Assembly (NCBI GenBank): GCA_964304625.1 | Contig: OZ199839.1 | Coordinates: forward strand, 10,325,287 to 10,389,286 | Direction of reading: 5' to 3' | DNA length: 64,000 nt | Source of the DNA: Kudoa neothunni | Taxonomy: Eukaryota; Animalia; Cnidaria | Part shown: positions 55,401 to 64,000 of the stretch, one piece after another | How positions within the stretch are numbered: the stretch's first letter is position 1 | Layout of the letters: each line of letters starts with the position of its first letter | The notes under the pieces: model-generated | What the model was told of the DNA's origin: nothing | What the model saw: only the letters and a program-made list of their open reading frames with translations | The model's database searches: none | Made by a program: the position numbers and the translations under genes

Positions 55401-58400
55401 TGTAATAATGAAAAAATATTCCTGGGGATTATTAATAAAAACATTTGTAATATTTTTGTTAAATATTGAGTTATTATTAACCCTCCCCCACGTAAGGGAT
55501 GAATTATGCACTCCAATTTTTGTATTTTTAAGAATTCCCCCTTTTAAGCATTAAATCTCTGCCTTATATTTAGTGAAATCTCTCAATATAATTCATTGTT
55601 TTATTTAAAAAATTTAAAATATTCAGTTAGAAAGAAATTGACTTAATATAACTCATTAAAACGAAGCAGACTATCTTCAGCTTGAAATATCATTAATAAC
55701 GATACTCAATGATTATTATACGATGCAAAATCAGTGTTCACATTAAGAAGATACAATAGAATTAAAATAAAATGTTTAAGAACTTTGAGAAACCATATTT
55801 TTATTTTTCCCGGACAGAGTCTGATGGACAATGAGATTATTTTGGGATTAATTTAAGATACACACAATTGGGAGCTTTGCCATTTGGATTTTGGGGGGAA
55901 CGTATATTTTTTGGACAAAAATTTTTCATTCTTTAATTTTTGACATTTATACGTAAGGAAATGATATTACAAAATAGTTCGGATGATGTTATTGCGAATT
56001 TAAATAAAAATGGAGGATATGTTGGGGAGTAACCTAGAATTTGGGACATGGCTAGTGTGATAAATGCTCTAATAATGGTTTTTTTTCGAATATTTGGGCA
56101 ATTTTCATACGAGGCAAAAAGTCGAATGGAATGATATATTAGAGAAGATATCAACTACTAAATCGGGGTGTTTCCAGTGAGAATGTATTCAAAAATCAAG
56201 AAAAAGGACGAATTTTCTCAATCATGCTAATAATAAGATTGGTTTCTATGGGGGACTTCGGAAAATATTACATCATTTTATGATTCTAGGCGAGGATTGG
56301 AAACTGACAATTTTTTCACCCCCCCTATCCCATCCAATGGCATTATTCTTGTTACAGAAGAATATTACGTTAATGACAATCTTTATAGAAACAACAGCTA
56401 CATACCTGGAATTTTCCAGGATATGACTAATCGCCAAAATTTATATTCTATGAGAACGTAACGCTAGCTAGTGTCATATGTTCAAAAGAAAAGTCGTATT
56501 ATTTTTCTTTTATAATCGGATTTCCATGATAGTGCGATCGAACAATCAAAAAAAAATAACTCTGAAATCATTATCAATTATAATCAAACCAAAGGAGGTT
56601 TGGTGGCGCAAAAGTACAGCTGTGCTTTTATAATAAGAAGATGGCTCTTCAGCATGTTTATGGATCTTATCGATGTTCCAGCGTTCAATGCTTATATAAT
56701 ACGGATATCGAAATTCCCAAACTTGCGATCAAGTAATCGAAATTGGTGGAAATGTTTTTCTTCGCAAACTTGTAGCGTAATTCATCAAACCGAATGTTTT
56801 GAGTCATCGAAGTTAAGGAATAACCATTATTCTCATATAAAAATTAGATTCATATTATTTAACAAATACATCAGGGATGTCAAACATTTATTTCTGGTGG
56901 AATAATTTTGAACCTGATACAGTCAAGATACACTCACTGTTCAAGGAATATTTACAAAAAGACCAGAATTTCCCCCTAAAATTCAAAAACCCTGCATTAC
57001 GTTCTCAATGAATTAAATAAAGAATTTGGAATGCCCCAATTGCAACTTGAAATCAAACTTATGTACATAAAATAATTTAAGCTCAATATATTTATTTGAT
57101 TTACGGACTACTTTGGGGGTAGACATTCAACGTATATATGATATCCATTCTATGGAGAATATGACGAAATCTACAAAGCGAATAAATTATACTTTACTCC
57201 AAATTATGGTAATTAATATATATATAAATTTTTTAATTGCCATATATATTCGCGGGTCATTTTATTTTATGTTAAAAACTCAATTTAACTAATAAAGCAA
57301 TAATCAACAATAACGTAATATGTTGTGAGAGGAAATAATGCAAATAATTCAAAAATAATTTATTACTATCGTTCAGTTAAGTGTATTTATACACACATAA
57401 TTGATTTCATTCTGCCTTCATTATGTCTCAATAATGAATATTTTTTCTTATCCAATTATTTAATTTAAAATTATATTTAAAAGATGATTGCCGGATTGAA
57501 AAAGAAATCCTTTCCAAATTAATCTCAATATTCATCTACAACCGCTGGTTGAGTTTGCTAGTGGTGCGATAGAGTCGCGAAAAAAAACATTGAAACTGAA
57601 TCCTCTAAGAATTTGTTCAGAGTTTTATTTTGTTGTAAAATGTTCACATGACGAATATATAGCCGATTCGTCGTTTCTTTCGTGAATCATGATTATCAGA
57701 TAAATTCGTGTTTCTTACTATATTGCTAAATTATTTTTATTCTTTTGTGGTTTTTGTGTATATTAATATAATTGTCAACCATATGAAATAATTTGTTTTG
57801 TCACATAAGTGCAATAAAATGAAAATTCTCTGGGGAGTAAAATGCATCCCCTTTATCACCCGTATTAGTTTTTTGAGCTCCGTCTTCCGAGGGTTAAGTA
57901 ACAATTTCGAAAAAATATAATTTACGAGTAATCGCGCGCTTGCGCACAATTTAATTTTTACGGATGTGATGCAGCGATTTTTCTCCTCCAAAATTTTGAG
58001 TTGGATAATAAATCTTTGTATTTTTTATACTTGAAAAATTATTGATTTTAAATAAAAACGTAAGAATTAGTTTAAACTCATTTACTTCAAAACACGCTTA
58101 CATCAATTAGGATAATCTTTTATTTGTATTATTTCGTAAATAAATAAAAATATGAACTCATATATTTTTGAGTTAGAAAGAAAATGTTAATTTCTAGTTT
58201 TTAAATTTTTTGTATAGAATAAATGACAGGTAACTGTGTACTACCGTATTATTTGTAATGTTTTAGTTCCTAGAGGTCATAAATTTCGTTATAATATTAT
58301 AATATTAAGTGTTAAATAGGAAAAAACCGATACAAATATAAGAAAATATTTTTTCACTAAAATAATTAGGATTTGATATTGAATCATTATTATACTTAAT

Positions 58401-61400
58401 TAATCATAACAGGATTATAACTAGACTAGTTAACTTTGTATCAAATATTAAAAAACCAATTTAATTAATTATTTATTTATTATAATAAATTAAAATAAGG
58501 TATGTTCCACAGAAGCGCTCACCTGAACATTTAAATCGAAAAGGGAAAATTATACGCAACTGCATCTAAAATAAACATACCCGGTGTAACCAAAATTTCG
58601 TTAAACTTTCCAGGAATGAATGTCGAACTTAAATCAAGGAGGTATCGAGTATCCGTAACAATCACAGGTATTTCCAGTTGACACATTAAATCCATACATG
58701 TAGCTTGATTTTGGCCTGATGTTAAAAGCTGCGTTCTAGTGTTGCCTTGATATATACTCCAATCAACTAGATATCTCTTTAAAGCTCCACCTGTGGTTTT
58801 ATATTTTATGGATAAGCTATGGGATTTTTGCGTTTGTGTCGTAACAATTGTATTAGTTTCTATCACAAAATAATTTGAAAACAAAAATATATATAAAAAT
58901 ACCTGGATATATAATCACTGATATTTTGTCATCAAGTTGGGGAGAAGAAATTGAGAGATGGTATGTTTCGCCTGTTGGCAATTGATCCATTTTAATCTCA
59001 AATGAACCAGAATCCATACACACGTTGTATTTATTATTTGTTGGAGGCGAAAGAAGTTTAGGTATACGATGTGTGGGTTGACTGTAGTACAGCGCTTCGA
59101 TCCAAAGTGATTTTATGTGGTATTTTGGCTTCAAATAAAGAAAAAGTTTCCCTCCTTGCCATTTATGCGTAGATGTGTAGGTCATTTTTTCTATTAATAC
59201 ACAACAGAATGTGAGCTTTAAAATCATGTATCAATATGAATTATATGTGTACTTTGAGTGAATGTGATTGATTTTTTGTGTTTTAACCAGTAGGAGTAGA
59301 AATGAATTCGATACAATTGGTTTGGATAGAGGTTGACCAAATGAAGTTCACACGTTTTTTTGAAGCAATTTATAGTTTCTACTATGATAACACTCTGAAT
59401 ATCGCCTTGACCTACCACGTTTAGTCTGTATTTGACTAGGACATTAACTTGTTCTCTCAAATACTCCAGATAAATGGTTGCAGTTGTGTCGGTTTTAAAA
59501 TCGTAAAGTAATTTATTTGGGAGATCAACTACAAAGTAATTATGTATTTCACAATCACAAATTACACTACCATTTATGTATATGTGGTCTTGATTATTGT
59601 CAAAAAGCTGGCTTGAATAGAGATTTATCGAATAATCTTCACCTGGATCCATATTTTCCACAGACAAACTACAAGTTTGAAAACCTCGACAAAATATTTG
59701 AGTTGGTTTCTCAAGTTCGTAAATTATATTGTTGGTTGCTCCTGAAGTGATGGAAAAGTTTTCCAACTCGATCGTATTAATATTTTCTTTCGGGTGAAAG
59801 TTTATTACAGAGAGCTTTTGGTTCGTAATGCCGGAAATCGTAACATAATAATCTTTCGCAACTAAAGATTAACAAGTGTAAGTAATTCTTCAAAACATTG
59901 GAATCAAATATTTCGCAAATAAAATTTAATTATTCTTTAGATGTAAAAATTGCGCACAAACTAACAGAATTACCTAGATCACCAAAATTTTTCTATCTAA
60001 TTAGTAATATGTGGTAATAATCGTGTTTATATTAGAAATATTAAATTCATTCTGTATGCGCTTTTATTTATTAAACAAAATATTATAAATTGTAGGATGG
60101 AATTCCGAATTATATATAAAATAAAATTGCGACAATATTTAAAAAAAATTAACAATAATTATTAAATAAAATTCCACGGTTTTTTATTACTGCCGTAATG
60201 CACGATTCCAATTATCTAACAAGATTTTTGAATTATCAGTATAATGATAGATGCAGTCAGTAAAGTTTGTACATCTCTCAACACAAATGTTTGGATCTCG
60301 TTTCTTTTTAAAGACTTAAAAATGCTAAAAATCTTCTGGTTTAATAAAAATAATAGAAATCTTATTAAAAATATTTTTATATGCTGTTATATTAATTATT
60401 TTCCAGTTTTTATCTAAACTTTTAAAGTAAGTATTTCATTCCATCAAAATAAATATATACCAAAATTAGTGTATTTTAACTAAAATGGTAGGTAGAATTT
60501 AGTTTCTTAATTGTTCTTATTTATAACGAATCTAATCTAGGTCACAACATTTTCATTTTTAAATTTATTGATTTATATTTTGTATATTTGAAATTATACA
60601 AATCTTTATAATTTATATTTGTATATTATATACATATTATATCATTATAAACTAGAATTTTTAATGATGAAGTTTATACTTTTTATTCAGAATAATAATA
60701 ATAAAGAATATATTGAAAAAAACAAACTTGTTAAACTTTATTTCAAGGGCGAAATACATAGCCATCTAGCAACTTTTCATTAAAATTATTCTATAGCAGT
60801 TATAGATGTGTAATTTACGGTTGTTAAATTTGAGTGTGGCTCATAATATTTCAGTAATTTTTAAATGCGCATTCTAAAAATCTAGCATAAGTTTTATTCT
60901 TTCGTCAAAATGTGAAATTTTCTAAAATCTGATATTAACAAAATATAGATTAAAATTAACTACTAAGAAGCGTGCATAACACCATTTAATTGCAAAAAAT
61001 ACCTGGCGTTATGATCACAGTAGCATAGTATGTATCCTTTAAGAAAAATTTTAACGTTTGGGGAGTGGTTGTGTCTAAATCTGGTAATTCCATCACCATA
61101 TTATGATCGGCGATATTTTCGGTGAATATTTGTTCCTCATCATCGGCATTATCAGTGGAGTGTTTTATGACAAGCTGCCTCATTTCTGAATTGGTATAGA
61201 AACTATTATCTATCATTATACTCAGAACATTGTTATTATCAATTCCGTAATCCGTCACTCTGATGTAATGTTCAACTACAGAAATATTATAGGAATTATA
61301 CGGTGATTTCATGCGCTAGACAAAAATAAATGTTACTTTTAATAGTATTACGACCGTTCACCGGGAAAACATTGGATGAGATAGACATATACAGGGGCTT

Positions 61401-64000
61401 ACTCTCATACTCGACATCATCCAGAGTCAATACACATAAACGATCAACACAGCGGACAACGTTTTCGAATATTAGCTTATCATTGTTAGCAATATGCGAA
61501 AACATATCCAACAGAGTGATTCTCATTTGGACAAAAGATAAATCTCTATCAAGATGGAACATGAACCTAGCTTGAGATCCCTTCCTCAACTCATATGATA
61601 GATAATAATGTCCAATAGCTAATGAAAATTAATCCAAAATAATATTAGTATTAGTTTTCTCATTGGTCGCATATTACCTTTGGAAATGGAAATAAGTTGA
61701 GAGCGAGAGTTGAGCGAAACTTTAATTTGGCCGAGTTGACCGATTCCTGTGTTCACTCCCAAAGGCAATAACATGTGACAACTGTGCTGTACACAGGTGA
61801 AGTTCGTGCTATCAATATTTGCATAGTTTCCAACAAGCTGATCGTTGACCCAATTCAGATTTGTAATTTCGAAATTTGGTGCAACTTTATCGTTTGGAAT
61901 GAGATTATTGTTCCATGTTAGCCACATCTGTTTATCTCTCACTAACAAATCCAAGTCGTAAATATGTTCCACAAACTCAGCTAAAGAGAATTTTATATGG
62001 ATTAAATTCTAGAAAAAGAAATTATTTTACTGTCGCAAATATACTGATTATTCAGTCCATTTTGACTGCTGACAATAAAGTTGGTAGGAGTTAGTATTTG
62101 AGAGACACTCAACCTAGGACATTCGAGGTTGTTTGAGCAAATATAGCCGCCCCCATGGTAACAGTTATTGTTGATTAGATTACTACCAACATCAACATTG
62201 TTTCTAGTGGAATAACTGCAATAGAGCTTATTGTGTTGGATAGTGATTGAATAAATCTGGTTGGTTTGTAGAGCAACTAGTTGGACATAAGGAGGGCTAA
62301 ATTCGAATCCTTCTAAATATATGTCCAAGTTAGTAAACACATCAACTAGCAATTAATTGAATACTGGAGGGGATAGAGAACAATTTTAAAATTGGTCTGC
62401 CGAAATCTCTGCTTTCATTCAGAATGACATAGAAACTGAAGTCATTGTAGTATTTCAGTTGAACTTCCACATTGACGCACAATGGGATACTTTTGAAACT
62501 AACATAGCATTCGCAATTTTTATTCGCAAAATTTCTTTCTCCAATCGAATGAAAAATATAGTCACAAAATTTGGAATGATTTTTTGAATAAGGCACTCTG
62601 ACTTTATACTTATTAACTCCGATAGTTTCTAAAGTGATATAATCCGTGTTGATTTCTAAAATTAAAATATGTTATTTAACACAATAACTTCTACTATGCC
62701 AACATCAATAAGTAATACCATCTGAGTAAAATTCGCAATGCCAATGTTGGAAATTTTTTCGACCACAAACAAGAAAAGTTTCAAGCGTTTCACTTACCCA
62801 AGTAAGCGAGCCTATAGGTGCACTTGGATTCGACTTTAAAATACCATTGAATACAGGAGTTATTATATGAGATGTTATATTGTTGGTACTGATTCCCTTA
62901 AGTATGACTATTCTGTCCAATGATCGACCATTCTTAAAAAATATATCTATCTTTTTATCTCTTATTGTCTTTTTCATTTCAACTCGATAAAATATCTTTA
63001 ATTAGAATATAACAACAGAAAATTCAGTAATTTTGTTCAAGTTACTTTGGAATCGAGGGTCAGTGGCTTTATCAATCGTATGGTATTGTTATTTGGACAT
63101 TTCAGTACTAATTTAAAAACCAAGTCCCTTAAAACTAAAATTTTTAGACCGGCGTCTTTATCAATCATAATTCTATTGGTTTGCTGATCTATTTGGATCC
63201 ATTGAGAGCTTTTTTTATCCAAGTAAGTATTTGGTAAGGCGTAGACCATCTTATTACAATATGTGAATATACGATTGTTGACTTTGTGTTTAAAAGTAAT
63301 AGTATCGTCGGCCAGTGAGATTTCAAAGTCGTTTTTATTGTAGCCTAGGTGTAGAAATTAATGAGACCAATTTATTTATCACTCTATTCTTACCAATAAC
63401 TTGCTTATAAATATAATCGTATCCAACCAGTTGTACTGACAAAACAAGATGGCGGTAATTCGCAAATTTAGCAGCAAACGATAAGGTTCTTATATAGAAA
63501 TTTAGACAGGATACAATTGGTGGGCATTCACCAAAATTCCTGCACCCATATAAAAATTCTGAGCGGCTGCCCATCGTAAAACCTTCAAGTTTGAAGTAAC
63601 ATCTGAATCTTGATAAATGATTGAACGTGGTTGCAGTGATAACTATATCATTCCCTTGCCATGAGTGATTCCAATACACTGGCTCATTAGCTAGTCAATT
63701 TATTAAATAACGCCATATATCAATAATAACCAAAATCACCTCTTATTAATCTCACATTTTCCATTATATTATTGTATTTGACAGTGATATTGTATTTGTT
63801 TTTTGCGGCAATCTTGAAAATGGATCTATTGCAACTCGTGTTTTCTTCGCACAATCCCCCACTTGAGGTAGTGCACTGTGAAGTCCGTGTCGTTTGGGGA
63901 TTATTTATTTCATCGTGATCAAGAGATTGTATGTAATAGGAACAAGAAGCCTCAGTCAGATGTGAAAATCGATGTTTGATCTCAATTTCTTCATTATTTG
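46460..64000 (-). CDS. Array of ~25 divergent FN3-like modules (about one per exon); probable ectodomain of the adhesion GPCR, 5' end outside the window
   Basis: Clusters of ~290-330-nt exons with mostly phase-1 junctions at about 61.0-64.0, 58.6-59.9, 52.9-54.6, 50.0-50.9, 48.7-49.0 and 46.5-47.4 kb. They share the pattern W/Y.L...C-x4-C-x-h-x-I..L....Y.L.I.S..L.....I..G; some have the FN3 tyrosine corner (NLYPNQLY, NMDPGEDY, QLPTGETY). Same strand as, and directly upstream of, the GAIN exons. Several exons carry frameshifts. Confidence 0.75.
51362..51390. repeat. (AAAT)n microsatellite
   Basis: Read directly: taaataaataaataaataaataaataata. Confidence 0.8.
55477..57897 (+). mobile_element. 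Decayed piggyBac element (PGBD4-like) between two exon clusters of the GPCR locus
   Basis: TTAA|CCCTC at 55477 and GAGGG|TTAA at 57897, with related subterminal AGGGATG.ATT..ACTCC motifs in inverted orientation. Transposase remnants TDNFFT (~56305) and IIINYNQTKGG..KYSC....RRW....F..LIDV.AFNAYII. Confidence 0.85.

Noticed and set aside
1-64000. CRISPR arrays, rRNA genes, operons or prokaryotic defence systems; alternative genetic code
   Set aside because: No regularly spaced repeats or rRNA-like tracts were seen. The genes are spliceosomal and translate cleanly with the standard code.

Overview
AT-rich eukaryotic (metazoan-type) genomic DNA with compact genes. Most introns are tiny (~30-60 nt, GT-AG), and the intergenic space holds many decayed DNA transposons. 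The style suggests a reduced parasite such as a myxozoan cnidarian, but that is inference. Genes reconstructed by hand across introns: a mitochondrially targeted Cid1/MTPAP-family nucleotidyltransferase that appears to lack its catalytic aspartates; CAF-1 p150 (CHAF1A); a secreted five-domain Kunitz protein; SH3BP5/Parcas-like Rab11 GEF; nicastrin; a small secreted orphan gene head-to-head with nicastrin; a TRIM2/3-like RING-Bbox-CC-filamin-6xNHL protein; and two hypothetical proteins. The last ~20 kb hold a very large adhesion GPCR locus (GAIN/GPS + 7TM) preceded by roughly 25 exon-sized, divergent FN3-like CxxxxC modules that run off the window end. Mobile DNA: a complete ~1 kb Merlin (IS1595-like) element with TIRs and an 8-bp TSD, two piggyBac remnants plus a third terminus, hAT remnants and a tRNA-derived SINE. 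Several reading frames are broken by single extra bases in homopolymers, probably assembly errors. All gene models and homology calls come from reading the sequence by eye.
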